A program made the position numbers and the translations under genes. From a virus (taxonomy: Duplodnaviria; Heunggongvirae; Uroviricota; Caudoviricetes; Crassvirales): a DNA stretch of 64,000 nucleotides. Under the pieces are notes generated by a model. It did not search any database, had not been told where the DNA came from, and was given only the letters and a program-made list of their open reading frames with translations. Positions 21,305 through 31,095 of this stretch are shown piece after piece; position 1 is the stretch's first letter; each line of letters opens with the position of its first letter. The stretch covers positions 29,013 to 93,012 of IMG/VR virus record IMGVR_UViG_3300033069_000976; one strand, written 5' to 3'.

Positions 21305-22472
21305 ATTCGCCTATTTTACCCTTTGTAGGGTGGTAAACAAATAGTAATCCAGCTCTTACACCATGTACAAAATTATTATCCTGATGCCATCTATCTGTAC
21401 CAGATAGTGAGGGTACTTGACAAATTCTAACTCCTTTATACTCTTTAGCCATATACACATGTTTGTCTCCCGTGTGAACCTCCCTATAAACCGCATTACC
21501 AAAATCTACAGAGTCTTTACCAGTCGCAAAGAGTAATGGTAAATCATCCAATTTGCAGTTTCCATGATGATACCCTATAAATGTACAACCAAGTACTACT
21601 GATTTAGTAGTAGAATGTTCCCTTTGGAAAGTTATATAAGGATCATTACTGTAGAACACATCTAAAGCATGTGCAAGATAAAAAGATTTAGTTCTGTCAT
21701 GGTTACCTTGAACAAGTACAACTTCTACTTCTTTACATAGAGTTCTTAGGAATCCTATAGTATGTACTAGTAAATCAAACCCTTCTTCATATTCTGTGTG
21801 GTATTCTACAAGTACATCTTGTGGTGTACCAGCAGTTGTGGAATTTTGTATATTATCTGTATGAAAGAAATCATTAGATATAGGGAATACTATCTTTCTA
21901 ACATTATAGTTTGTAAGATTACTTGTTAATTCTGTAACAATATCTACATAATGTCCCTTTTTATGTTCTAAAGTTTCTCCTTCTAAATTCTTCTTAGCCA
22001 GATGGAAATCTGCTATATTCAGTTCTATATCTACTTCTTGTCCATCATTATCCCCTACTCGATATTTGTATAATTCATTCTTTGGCTCATATGTCTCTAA
22101 AAACTTAGCAAAGTCTTTAGCTGAGTAATCTTCTGGTTTCTTTAAAGAGGCTAATACAGAGGATGTAAAATGACCATTTGGTTTTAATTTAGACCAGTAA
22201 GTTGAAATCTTATACTTACCTAGGTCTATCTTATGTAATTTAGCTAGTTCAACATCATCTTTTGGTTCAAATGTTGTCTCAACAGAGGACTCTAAAGTAC
22301 CTTTTTCAACATTAACTTTTCTCACAAAATCCTCTATAACTTCTTGTTTATCAACCACTTTCTTAATCTGTTTCTTAAGTTTTTTAATCTCTTCCTCAGT
22401 AACTCCTAATTTTTCAGCATAATAAGAATTTGACTTTTTATGCTTTAATAACCCTTTTAACTCTTCTAACAT
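21288..22472 (-). CDS. Calcineurin-like metallophosphoesterase domain protein (394 aa)
   Basis: C-terminal half carries DFH (D-x-H), VQGNHDR (GNHD/E), GYHHGN and HTGDKH motifs. Confidence 0.5.
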   Translation of the reverse strand: MLEELKGLLKHKKSNSYYAEKLGVTEEEIKKLKKQIKKVVDKQEVIEDFVRKVNVEKGTLESSVETTFEPKDDVELAKLHKIDLGKYKISTYWSKLKPNGHFTSSVLASLKKPEDYSAKDFAKFLETYEPKNELYKYRVGDNDGQEVDIELNIADFHLAKKNLEGETLEHKKGHYVDIVTELTSNLTNYNVRKIVFPISNDFFHTDNIQNSTTAGTPQDVLVEYHTEYEEGFDLLVHTIGFLRTLCKEVEVVLVQGNHDRTKSFYLAHALDVFYSNDPYITFQREHSTTKSVVLGCTFIGYHHGNCKLDDLPLLFATGKDSVDFGNAVYREVHTGDKHVYMAKEYKGVRICQVPSLSGTDRWHQDNNFVHGVRAGLLFVYHPTKGKIGEFEARI

Positions 22473-22595
22473 ATAAGTTTTTTAGATGAAAAATATTCAC
22501 ACAAAGGTAAAACTCTTTTTTGACATAACCAAATAAAAAGTATACTTTTTTTGTTTATTAACAAAATAATGTAACTATTATAGTTTAAAAACAAA

Positions 22596-22640
22596 AAACC
22601 TCCAATCCAATGGAGAGGAGGTTTTTGTCTAATTTGATTA
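22596..22640. terminator. Bidirectional intrinsic terminator after the tail-fiber gene
   Basis: AACCTCC…GGAGGTT hairpin flanked by an A-run and a T-run. Confidence 0.55.
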
Positions 22641-22641
22641 T

Positions 22642-24198
22642 TTAAGGTGCTAAAGTTGTAGTAGTTGTAGTAGAAGTAGTCATTTCTCCAGATATACAAT
22701 CTCCACTTTCTGTAACATTTACACCCACAGGTGCTTCTACACTATCCTGTACAGCACATACATTGATTGTATCTCCTGCGGGTAGTATCACAGCAATAGT
22801 AGTTGAATTACCACATTGTAGCCAAGTAACTACTTGATCAGCCCCTGAGTCATTAAATATATCATATATAAATGTGGCACAAGTTGCCCCACAAGAACCT
22901 ACTAAAGCACAGAATTGGGCAAGTAGTACTGGACTACCAGCTATATAACTCATAGCAGTAGATAGTAATGTTGTGAAATCAATAGCTAAATCTAAATCTA
23001 CCTGTTCAGTAAAAGCGTTATAAGTAGGAGTTAAAGATATTCCTGATTCAGAATCTCCATTTAACTTCTCTATCAAAGAATCTGGATTAACATCACCTGG
23101 TCCAGCTATTAATAAATAGTCTTCAGTAGCATTTATAATAACTTGTCCAGGAGTTGTAGTATCATCCAGAGTTATATTAGTACCTGCTGTAAGCTTATCA
23201 ATCAGAGTACCTGGGGATAAATCAGAGCCATTACTAGCCACTAACCTATCATTATTTACTAATGGTACAGCTAACTCTAATGTTAAACCCCCGCAAGTAT
23301 CCATTGGATCTGTGGCTGTCAAAACAAAATCCGCAGAAACTGCTGTAATAAGGTCTTTTTTAATTACATTTATCTCTGTAACAATCACTTCTACAGCTTC
23401 TTGTAAATCAGTAGCTGATTCATCTAAGCAATCCCAGGTAATAAGGGTTGGGTCAAAAGGAAATGGTTCACAAACTTTGTCAGTTAGTAAACCTATCGTT
23501 TCAACTAGTGTATCTGCCACACCTCCTGCTAAACAGTTTAGACTGTTATTAAAAGTTGGTAATACAGCAGCAGCACTAGCTATTACTTTAACAGCACATA
23601 TTTGTGTGATAAGCTCTTCAAAACCTTCTGCTATAGTTGTTGGAGGACTAACTACTGTAAAGCAGCTATTCCAAGTTACAGAAGAAATATCTATAGCATC
23701 GTCAATATCTCCAAATTTAGCACAATATTTTGTAAGGACAGTTACTAAATTATCTACATTAGTTACACCAGCACTTACACAAGTTATACCTGGATTTGTA
23801 ATAGCATCCAGGGCATCTTGGACATCTGACTGGTAAGCAGGAAAAGTAACTGTTATAAAGGTATCTAAATCATCTGCTATTTCACAGGCATACCCTGTAA
23901 TAGCATCTACAAATTCAGCCTCAGTTGTTATAGCTTGACCAAACCAAGTTGGTAAACAATTGAATTGATAAGTAGAATAATCACCTGTAGCAGAACATAT
24001 CTGTTCATCTATTTTCTGTAAAGCAACTTCTAATGTATCTCCAGTTTCTATTCCAGAGCATGGAAGAGCTGGTCCTGTATAACATAGATATTTTACAGGT
24101 AAGCAGTTTTGTTGTTGACAATCCAGGCATTGGTTATTCACAAATGCTTGTATATCAAATGTTATAGGGAGTGTAGAAGAGCAATCTGGACAAGGCAT
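22642..24198 (-). CDS. Tail fiber/spike-like protein (518 aa) with a Cys-rich N-terminal anchor module and a poly-Thr C-terminal linker (…TTTTTTLAP)
   Basis: Its N-terminal C..C..YTG motif is shared with 24215..25270. Its C-terminal module (LQCGN..TINVCAVQD) is shared with 25282..25869. Strong bidirectional terminator directly downstream. Confidence 0.5.
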   Translation of the reverse strand: MPCPDCSSTLPITFDIQAFVNNQCLDCQQQNCLPVKYLCYTGPALPCSGIETGDTLEVALQKIDEQICSATGDYSTYQFNCLPTWFGQAITTEAEFVDAITGYACEIADDLDTFITVTFPAYQSDVQDALDAITNPGITCVSAGVTNVDNLVTVLTKYCAKFGDIDDAIDISSVTWNSCFTVVSPPTTIAEGFEELITQICAVKVIASAAAVLPTFNNSLNCLAGGVADTLVETIGLLTDKVCEPFPFDPTLITWDCLDESATDLQEAVEVIVTEINVIKKDLITAVSADFVLTATDPMDTCGGLTLELAVPLVNNDRLVASNGSDLSPGTLIDKLTAGTNITLDDTTTPGQVIINATEDYLLIAGPGDVNPDSLIEKLNGDSESGISLTPTYNAFTEQVDLDLAIDFTTLLSTAMSYIAGSPVLLAQFCALVGSCGATCATFIYDIFNDSGADQVVTWLQCGNSTTIAVILPAGDTINVCAVQDSVEAPVGVNVTESGDCISGEMTTSTTTTTTLAP

Positions 24199-24214
24199 AT
24201 TTTAAAATTATTTT

Positions 24215-25270
24215 TTACGGAATGTAAACAATATAGTAACAAGCTGCGGATGGTTGTAAATTAGTATGAGCTAATCCAGAACCTGAATAACCTATACTAA
24301 TACCAGTAGTTGATTTACTGGTCTTTGGATTCTTATACCAATAATTACCAATTGCTGCTGCGAAACTTTCTGTTCCACCACCTACATAACCATTAATAGT
24401 ATGGTCATGCCCAGGATCTGAAATAGCATGAGTATGTGGTGGCATTTGATTAATAAGTAATGCCACAGAGGAAACACCTACTTTTTGGTTTAATACATAA
24501 TTAGTTCCTGAATTTTGTGGTAATGAAGGATCAACAGCACTGTCTAATACTCCACCAGGAACATTTTGTATAGCTCCTATAGGACTTCTACCTCTCCAGT
24601 CTTGAGTTCCATTAAGACCATTCATTAGGTATACTTTCTCAAATCCAGCAGCAGTTAAGCCTTTTCCTGTATTATCAAAGTTTGATAAAGAGCCTATATA
24701 AGGTATAGGAGCATATGGAACCATTCTAGTATTATATTGGGTAGTTGTAGAACCACCTCCCCCACCTCCAGGATTAATACAGGCATCTACTAAATCACAT
24801 AATTCAGAAGCTTTAACATAATCCCCCTCTATGGCAGTTATCCTTGTAGCATTGTCACAGGCTTTATTTATAAGAGCCTGAGTAATCTGGTCTCTACTTG
24901 ATGTAGATGTAATTCCTGATAGACAATTAGTATTAAAAGAATACCCAGCAGTTACTATAGCTGTTAAGTTTGTAATCTGATTCTGTAAACTACAAGAAGC
25001 AGTTATAAGAGTCTGGAATAAATTTGGTACAGTAGTGGCTTGGGTACTTAATATATTAGATATTAAAGTACAAGTAGTATTTAAACCTGTTATTGTAATG
25101 GATGTACCATCCATCAAGGTGAGTAATTTATCTAAAATTATCTCATTTATCTCAAATTGAGATTCATCCCCACATATTCCAAGTAATACATAAGCATCTC
25201 CAGTATAAGAAATACACCTATCTGGAGTGATTATACCATTACAACTTTTTAAGCAATCAACGCAAGCCAT
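24215..25270 (-). CDS. Tail fiber protein with a C-terminal phage tail-collar domain (351 aa)
   Basis: LINQMPPHTHAISDPGHDH matches the tail-collar NQMPxHxH signature. The Cys-rich N-terminus (CVDCLKSC..YTGDAY) is paralogous to the neighbouring fibers. A G6 and Thr linker is present. Confidence 0.65.
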   Translation of the reverse strand: MACVDCLKSCNGIITPDRCISYTGDAYVLLGICGDESQFEINEIILDKLLTLMDGTSITITGLNTTCTLISNILSTQATTVPNLFQTLITASCSLQNQITNLTAIVTAGYSFNTNCLSGITSTSSRDQITQALINKACDNATRITAIEGDYVKASELCDLVDACINPGGGGGGSTTTQYNTRMVPYAPIPYIGSLSNFDNTGKGLTAAGFEKVYLMNGLNGTQDWRGRSPIGAIQNVPGGVLDSAVDPSLPQNSGTNYVLNQKVGVSSVALLINQMPPHTHAISDPGHDHTINGYVGGGTESFAAAIGNYWYKNPKTSKSTTGISIGYSGSGLAHTNLQPSAACYYIVYIP

Positions 25271-25281
25271 ATATTAATATT

Positions 25282-25869
25282 TTAAGGAATACAAATTTCA
25301 TTTAATAATGTTACAGTGAAGTAATTATCCACACTGATAGTATCTGGTACACAACACAGGTCTATAGTCTCCTGACTATTTATTACTATAGTAACTGGAT
25401 TAGGTCTATCTCCACCACAAGGTAGATAAGTTAGATTATAATCCGCATCAAAAGGAGCTTCAGGATTTCCTGTTACTCTATATCTTGAACAATACACCGG
25501 ATAAGATGTTGTAGTGGTACTAGTAGTTGTTGATGTTGTAGTAGTAGTCGTAGTTGATGTAGTACTTGATATTACTTCAATGTCACAATCTTTACAACGG
25601 CTGCAATCTTCCTCCCTTACTATAAAGGAAGCTTGGGTAATAATTTTATCTACAGATATAGATGAACATGGGTATGTAGCATCATATAATCTATTATTTA
25701 ATATTCTTTTATACCTTAAAAGATCTCTTAGTAATCTACTATTTAGACATACTCCAAGATTATAAGCTATTGAATTATATTTCTTTGTGGCATTATATAT
25801 AATAGTACAGTCAATATCTGACAGTAACTCTTCTAATGTCCCACAAGTAGTACAATTTGTTAATCTCAT
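25282..25869 (-). CDS. Fiber-associated protein (195 aa) with a poly-Thr linker and a shared C-terminal Cys module
   Basis: STTSTTTTTTTSTTTSTTTT tract; LPCGGD..TIDLCCVPD is homologous to the C-terminus of 22642..24198. Confidence 0.45.
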   Translation of the reverse strand: MRLTNCTTCGTLEELLSDIDCTIIYNATKKYNSIAYNLGVCLNSRLLRDLLRYKRILNNRLYDATYPCSSISVDKIITQASFIVREEDCSRCKDCDIEVISSTTSTTTTTTTSTTTSTTTTSYPVYCSRYRVTGNPEAPFDADYNLTYLPCGGDRPNPVTIVINSQETIDLCCVPDTISVDNYFTVTLLNEICIP

Positions 25870-25944
25870 TTCTTTTTCTTTGCATTACAAGAAGGGCATA
25901 ACCCATCTATTAATCTACAAGCCTTCATTTTTACAGGACATTCT

Positions 25945-26487
25945 CTACATTTTGCAACCTGGCATCCCATTTTTATTCAATTTATCCAGCATACTATTAG
26001 CTGTGTTATACAATTCCATTGCTTTAGCATCCATACATTTATCAGCAGCAGCTATAGCCCCTTCTATAAAGAACTCTATAGTATCTAGTACTTTCTTTTG
26101 AGATTCTTTTATAACTAAATCACATTGCATAAAATCAAGTTTCAGAAAGTAACTATCTAATTTAGAATAGATCATGTTAGTTCTTATAAAACTTCTTTCA
26201 ACATGATACTGATAAGCAGGATTAAGTGTGTATTTTACTTTATATATACCATCTGGTAAATTACTATTTTCACAATCATCACAGGTAATTCCTAATATAT
26301 TACTATTATACACTTGTATAGAAGAAGGTGTAAAAGCAATACTTTTAGGTGCAAATCCAGGAACTGTTATTTCCAGTGTAGGATTCACTTTTATAAAACC
26401 AGTAGGATATGTAGATACATCACCTATAGCAAAGCTATCTGCTCTGTGTGTATCCATATAAACTAAGTCTAATTTTAAAGTTGGCAT
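25945..26487 (-). CDS. Hypothetical structural protein (180 aa)
   Basis: ORF in the structural block. Confidence 0.4.
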   Translation of the reverse strand: MPTLKLDLVYMDTHRADSFAIGDVSTYPTGFIKVNPTLEITVPGFAPKSIAFTPSSIQVYNSNILGITCDDCENSNLPDGIYKVKYTLNPAYQYHVERSFIRTNMIYSKLDSYFLKLDFMQCDLVIKESQKKVLDTIEFFIEGAIAAADKCMDAKAMELYNTANSMLDKLNKNGMPGCKM

Positions 26488-26497
26488 ATATTTGAAC

Positions 26498-26541
26498 TAA
26501 AAAGGGGAACAAGAGAGCTTTGGACTGCTCTTTTGCTCCCC
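26498..26541 (-). terminator. Intrinsic terminator on the minus strand after 26571..27710
   Basis: GGGGAGCAAAAGAGC…GCTCTCTTGTTCCCC followed by TTTTT on the minus strand. Confidence 0.5.
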
Positions 26542-26570
26542 TTGTGGTTTTTATAATTTACTTCTATCCC

Positions 26571-27710
26571 TTAAGGAATAAGAGTAGTAGTTGTAGTAGT
26601 TGATGTACTGGTTGTACTAGTAGTTGTAGTAGTAGTTGGACCAGTCATAGAAGCATCTGTAATAGCTCCAAGGTAGGTTACTAACATAGTTTCTATGGTA
26701 GATGTTTCTCCTTGAGGGATGTACAAGATCACTTTCTCATCTTCTGCCAAGTTAGCCGTAAAGGCATCATTTTGGTTATACTCACCAAATTGAATAACAT
26801 ATTGGTCATAAATCTCACCATCAGTTACATAACTCTGGAAGTATGGATTGTAACCATTCATCCTGTAGAGATGTTTGTAAGGAGATTGATAAGAGTAGTA
26901 ATCAATTTCCATCTGGGCAACCTCCTTAGAAGTCAACTGAGGGAAAGAACTACGCTGAAGCAGAGTAGTTGTAGCTGTAATATCACAACCATCATACACT
27001 TCAAAATCAACAGTTGTTGCTGGACCATTACTTACCCATACCCTGAACCAAACACGGTCAAAGATATATGGATCAGCAGCCACATCACATGGTTGACCAT
27101 ATACTGTAAGTGGTTTAGACTCTACCAGTAATACTGCATCAGCACCTGTTCCTGATTTTGAGAAGTTAAAGAAAGAACTCAAAGTCAGAGAGGCAGTTCC
27201 ATTCTGTACAGCAGCAGTTGTTGAGATTTTTGCTATGATCAAATCAATCAAAGCTTCGTTATCTACATCTGTACATGGGTCTTCTCCACACTCACAACAA
27301 GGGGCTTTTACAGTTACTGACCGTGTTAAGCCATTATATGAAATGGTATCCATATAAGCAGAGTGTCCACGAAGAGTAAAAGTTACATCCTCACCACACT
27401 TTGCTCGGAAATCAGAAACCTGCCAGATTTCATTTACAGCAGTAGCTGAACCAGTTACTTTATACCACCTCTTCACTTTAGAGGCTTTAATCCTATCTGA
27501 TGGTTTGGAACCAAGATTAAGATTAGAAGCCCTTCCCTGGAAGAACTGTATAAACTCTGCTGTAGCTATATTACCGTTGGTTGCTATAGTCCTAGCTTCG
27601 TTTTTCCTTACACTGAAAACTCCATCGGCTTGAGCCTCTGTACCACCAGAAGATGGTAATGTGTTTCCAACTGGGACTACAAATACGGTTGTTAAAGAAT
27701 ATTCACTCAT
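26571..27710 (-). CDS. Virion structural protein (379 aa) with a poly-Thr C-terminus (…TTTTTTLIP)
   Basis: ORF. Thr-rich tail like the fiber genes. Followed on its strand by a hairpin plus T-run. Confidence 0.45.
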   Translation of the reverse strand: MSEYSLTTVFVVPVGNTLPSSGGTEAQADGVFSVRKNEARTIATNGNIATAEFIQFFQGRASNLNLGSKPSDRIKASKVKRWYKVTGSATAVNEIWQVSDFRAKCGEDVTFTLRGHSAYMDTISYNGLTRSVTVKAPCCECGEDPCTDVDNEALIDLIIAKISTTAAVQNGTASLTLSSFFNFSKSGTGADAVLLVESKPLTVYGQPCDVAADPYIFDRVWFRVWVSNGPATTVDFEVYDGCDITATTTLLQRSSFPQLTSKEVAQMEIDYYSYQSPYKHLYRMNGYNPYFQSYVTDGEIYDQYVIQFGEYNQNDAFTANLAEDEKVILYIPQGETSTIETMLVTYLGAITDASMTGPTTTTTTSTTSTSTTTTTTLIP

Positions 27711-27725
27711 TTTTATTTATTTTAT

Positions 27726-28460
27726 TTATTCTGTTGTTTGAATTCTGTTCTGTGCAGACTGGGCTGCGGAAATATTTTCTGTATACATTGCCAGTTTTTC
27801 AACTGTTATGTCTAAAAGCTCATCTTTAAGGTAATCTTCAAGTTCACAATCTTGGTCTATACTATTTGAACCATCAAACTTTATATAACCAGCTTTGTCA
27901 ATTTGTTTTGGATACCTAATATAGGATAGATAAAGTTTTTTAGGAGTAAATGTTCCATCTGTGTAAACATGTAATTCATCAGATGATATATCTACTATTG
28001 TTTCTTGAAACTCAAAAGAAGGTTTAAAGTTGTTATTCTTTAGAATAAGCTGAATATCAGCATGTTTAATCAAATCAGGATTACAACTTATTACTCTGTT
28101 TAAGCATTCATCTTTATCTGCTAGTAAGTAACTATCCAAGTAAAACATAAAGTGAGGAGTTAAACTTACTTCATCTACTTTAACTATGTATTTATTCAGA
28201 TATGGGTCTCCTAGTGTTAAGTCTAAAGGATGGTCTTCAAAATTCTCTACAAGAAATTGTAGATCTTGATACCTTTTCTTAAATGCATCTAAACCAAGTT
28301 TATACACATTGTTAGGGCTTACCTTTATTTTTATCAGTTTTAGTTGTCCCTCATTTAAAGCCAGTAGTTTATCTTCCACTGGGATTTCCTGGTGAGCATT
28401 AGTAGATAGCTTATTAAGCCTTTGGTCTATCCCATAAAGTAAACTATCTACACTTATCAC
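27726..28460 (-). CDS. Hypothetical head/tail-joining region protein (244 aa)
   Basis: ORF with a 4-nt overlap with the upstream gene. Confidence 0.4.
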   Translation of the reverse strand: MISVDSLLYGIDQRLNKLSTNAHQEIPVEDKLLALNEGQLKLIKIKVSPNNVYKLGLDAFKKRYQDLQFLVENFEDHPLDLTLGDPYLNKYIVKVDEVSLTPHFMFYLDSYLLADKDECLNRVISCNPDLIKHADIQLILKNNNFKPSFEFQETIVDISSDELHVYTDGTFTPKKLYLSYIRYPKQIDKAGYIKFDGSNSIDQDCELEDYLKDELLDITVEKLAMYTENISAAQSAQNRIQTTE

Positions 28461-29437
28461 TGTTTCTCTAGTTTCTTACTTGTTAATTTTTTCTCAAGGG
28501 CAATCAGATCAACTTGGTTTTTCTCATCCAGTAATATTTCTACTAGTTCTTCTTTTGAAGTAGCTATAGTTATACCACCTTCCAGTACTTTACCACCTTG
28601 TCCAGGTCTGTATATAGAGTGTGTAAAGGCTTGTTCTACAAGATCTTTCACTTTAATCCTATCATCAGTTGTGTTTATCAACTCATTGAATAGTTTTACA
28701 GGTGCTAAACCTTTATTCTTACCTTCACGGAATTCTGTTTCTTTAAGTTGTGTATCAATTAAATTGTACACCATTTCTTCTTTAGTACTTTCTGTAACAG
28801 GTAATCCCATTAAACGAGCTATTTGTTTCTTTTTTGTAGGAGATAAAGATTCAAAAGCTACAATAGCTTTGTTAATCTCTTTCTTTCTACTATAAGTATC
28901 ACGTTGCTCTGCTTCATCATCTACTATATAATACTTAACCTCAGCAGGTACTTCGCCTCTCCTCCAAGAATCTAATGAAGGAGCAATCCTAGGATGTACT
29001 TTAATCCAGTTCCATGCAATTTCTTTCATTGGATCTGTAGTATCAAAATACTCTTCGTCATTACCTATTTTAACTGGAGAAACTCTTAATTCTGCTCCAA
29101 ACTTTGCAACAAGCTGCTCTTTAGCAGCAGCAAAATTCCAAAACAATGAAGTAGGTTCTAAGATACCAGGAACTCCAAGTGCATTTTCTAATCTGTCCTT
29201 AGTTTCTTTAATCCTTTCTATCTCTGCTTTCTTATCTTCGGCTGATAGCCTATCTAGATAAGGAGCTTTAATATCAAGTCCTGTTCTGTATTTACCAGAT
29301 ATTTCTTTAAATGGTAAAAACATTTCACTTGTTCCAGGAAACCTTGTAAATCCGTGTTTGTCCAATTGTTGATCTATAGTGTTTAATGTTCCACTATATG
29401 ACTTTTTAATAGGTGCTATTTTACCTGCTCTGCCCAT
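28457..29437 (-). CDS. Hypothetical structural protein (326 aa)
   Basis: ORF immediately after the capsid-gene terminator/attenuator. Confidence 0.4.
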   Translation of the reverse strand: MGRAGKIAPIKKSYSGTLNTIDQQLDKHGFTRFPGTSEMFLPFKEISGKYRTGLDIKAPYLDRLSAEDKKAEIERIKETKDRLENALGVPGILEPTSLFWNFAAAKEQLVAKFGAELRVSPVKIGNDEEYFDTTDPMKEIAWNWIKVHPRIAPSLDSWRRGEVPAEVKYYIVDDEAEQRDTYSRKKEINKAIVAFESLSPTKKKQIARLMGLPVTESTKEEMVYNLIDTQLKETEFREGKNKGLAPVKLFNELINTTDDRIKVKDLVEQAFTHSIYRPGQGGKVLEGGITIATSKEELVEILLDEKNQVDLIALEKKLTSKKLEKQ

Positions 29438-29455
29438 GATGTAGTTATTTTTTAT

Positions 29456-29512
29456 CCTTCCTTAAAGAATTTGAAGAGAGTTTGCAAAGGAAGGATATAA
29501 AGCAAACTCTCT
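29456..29512 (-). terminator. Nested hairpins (attenuator/terminator-like) immediately after the capsid candidate
   Basis: TCCTTCCTT…AAGGAAGGA enclosing AAGAGAGTTTGC…GCAAACTCTCTT; U-rich tract weak on the minus strand. Confidence 0.4.
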
Positions 29513-29531
29513 TCGGTTGGTTATTTAACCA

Positions 29532-31082
29532 CTAGAATTGTGGAATCTCCTCTATAAGTACGCAGCGACTAAGATCTTCAATGAATACATCTGAACGGTC
29601 TTCCATCCAAATCTCATATCCAGGGAATTTATTAGCGGCATTAAAACCTTGTGATTTAAAAGCTCCTAAGTGACTCCTACGACCATCAATGTAACCCCAT
29701 TGCATGTTAGGAGTACCAGCTCTACGAACTTCCCTGATATTGTTTACCAGTGAACCATCTGAAGTTGGAGAAACATCAAACACCATAAAGATAGGAGTTG
29801 ATTTTTTGTTCTGACCAAATTCCAGATTTGTTTGTGGTAAATCCAATTCTTTAAGGTGAACAAGTTCTACTTTACCAGTTTCCCTTGTTACAAAAGAATC
29901 AAATGCGAAGTTAAGCTGTAAGTGCTGACCATTACCATTAACAAACTTATCGTTATCACCAACATTAAAGGTCAATCCACTATTGAATGCATCTTCTTTA
30001 ATTGCTTGCTGGAATACGTCAAAACCTGCTTCATTGGTGTACATTTTAACCCTACGGTCTTTAACATCCACCCTACGGTAAAATAAGTCACCAAATACAT
30101 TACGAATCAAATTAGCTGAGAACTCACCCCTGTTGTAAGGAACATAGTTACCAGAGTTACGCATCCTGTAGTAAACGCCAGCAGATACTTTCTTAAGCTC
30201 TTGTTTAGCACCATTGGTCCTAACAATACCTGGTTTAGACCAGATCATACGCTTAACTTTAGTTTCCAGCATTTGCTTCCTCATCATGAACTCAATAAAT
30301 GGTTCCCATTTAATGTCATTACGAGTAACAGCATTTTCTCCCCTTCTATTTTGCATGTAAACCATAATATCTTTTGGTTTACCATTTTCGTCTTTTAACA
30401 TTTTATCATCTGCCCAAGCAGTGATTTTGTGCTCAAAACCATAACCAGCACCCAGTGTCTCAAACATGGTGATTTTATCAGCCAATTTTTGAAGACCACC
30501 TAAGTCTTGGTCAAATTCACCAATAGATACGTCAATTGGATCTACATCAATACCAGGTTGTAACAAGGTACGATTAACGTAATCTACTTGTGGATTACCA
30601 GTTACCAGAGTACATTGATGTAACCAGCCCCTTCCATACTGAGTAGGGTCAGAAGTGATGTAAAAGTTTTGACCATACATCTTATGACCTACTGATATAA
30701 TCATATTCTTGGATACAATAGTATCAAGAACTATTTCAAAGGTTTTACCATCAATACCAATAGTAGCTTGATCCAAGGTACTTTGTGGTACATCAATGAT
30801 TTTAGGGAATCGGAAAGGCATTTCCACATTCCACTTCCAGGTATCACTTAAACCATCAAGGTAGTAAGGGGTACTCTTGTTAATCATATCCAGAAAATCA
30901 TTACTATACAAAGTAGACTGTGTATAGATAGATATAATTTTCTTATCATAATCTGACGGAGCCAAATCATGGAAAGATTCTAAGTGGTTTGAATCAGTTA
31001 ATTTACCAATAGCCCTACCATCCATAGATGATACCCTTGCATAGTTAAGTCCGGTAAATCCAGGTATTGTTTGTAATCCCAT
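29532..31082 (-). CDS. Candidate major capsid protein (516 aa)
   Basis: Position directly after the acidic scaffold-like gene in a terL-portal-x-scaffold-capsid order. Followed by a complex hairpin structure. No sequence-level signature recognised. Confidence 0.45.
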   Translation of the reverse strand: MGLQTIPGFTGLNYARVSSMDGRAIGKLTDSNHLESFHDLAPSDYDKKIISIYTQSTLYSNDFLDMINKSTPYYLDGLSDTWKWNVEMPFRFPKIIDVPQSTLDQATIGIDGKTFEIVLDTIVSKNMIISVGHKMYGQNFYITSDPTQYGRGWLHQCTLVTGNPQVDYVNRTLLQPGIDVDPIDVSIGEFDQDLGGLQKLADKITMFETLGAGYGFEHKITAWADDKMLKDENGKPKDIMVYMQNRRGENAVTRNDIKWEPFIEFMMRKQMLETKVKRMIWSKPGIVRTNGAKQELKKVSAGVYYRMRNSGNYVPYNRGEFSANLIRNVFGDLFYRRVDVKDRRVKMYTNEAGFDVFQQAIKEDAFNSGLTFNVGDNDKFVNGNGQHLQLNFAFDSFVTRETGKVELVHLKELDLPQTNLEFGQNKKSTPIFMVFDVSPTSDGSLVNNIREVRRAGTPNMQWGYIDGRRSHLGAFKSQGFNAANKFPGYEIWMEDRSDVFIEDLSRCVLIEEIPQF

Positions 31083-31095
31083 TTTATTTTATTTT

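Noticed and set aside
23312-23836. Plus-strand 174-aa ORF inside the tail-fiber gene. Similar antisense ORFs occur at 6033, 7221, 7571, 9709, 10150, 10625, 11341, 11890, 17328, 17651, 25514, 25787, 26228, 26712, 28671, 30201, 31067, 33188, 34169, 34857, 35279, 36105, 36637, 39384, 39394 and 41092.
   Set aside because: All are embedded antisense to long, well-supported minus-strand genes and have biased S/T/L-rich compositions.
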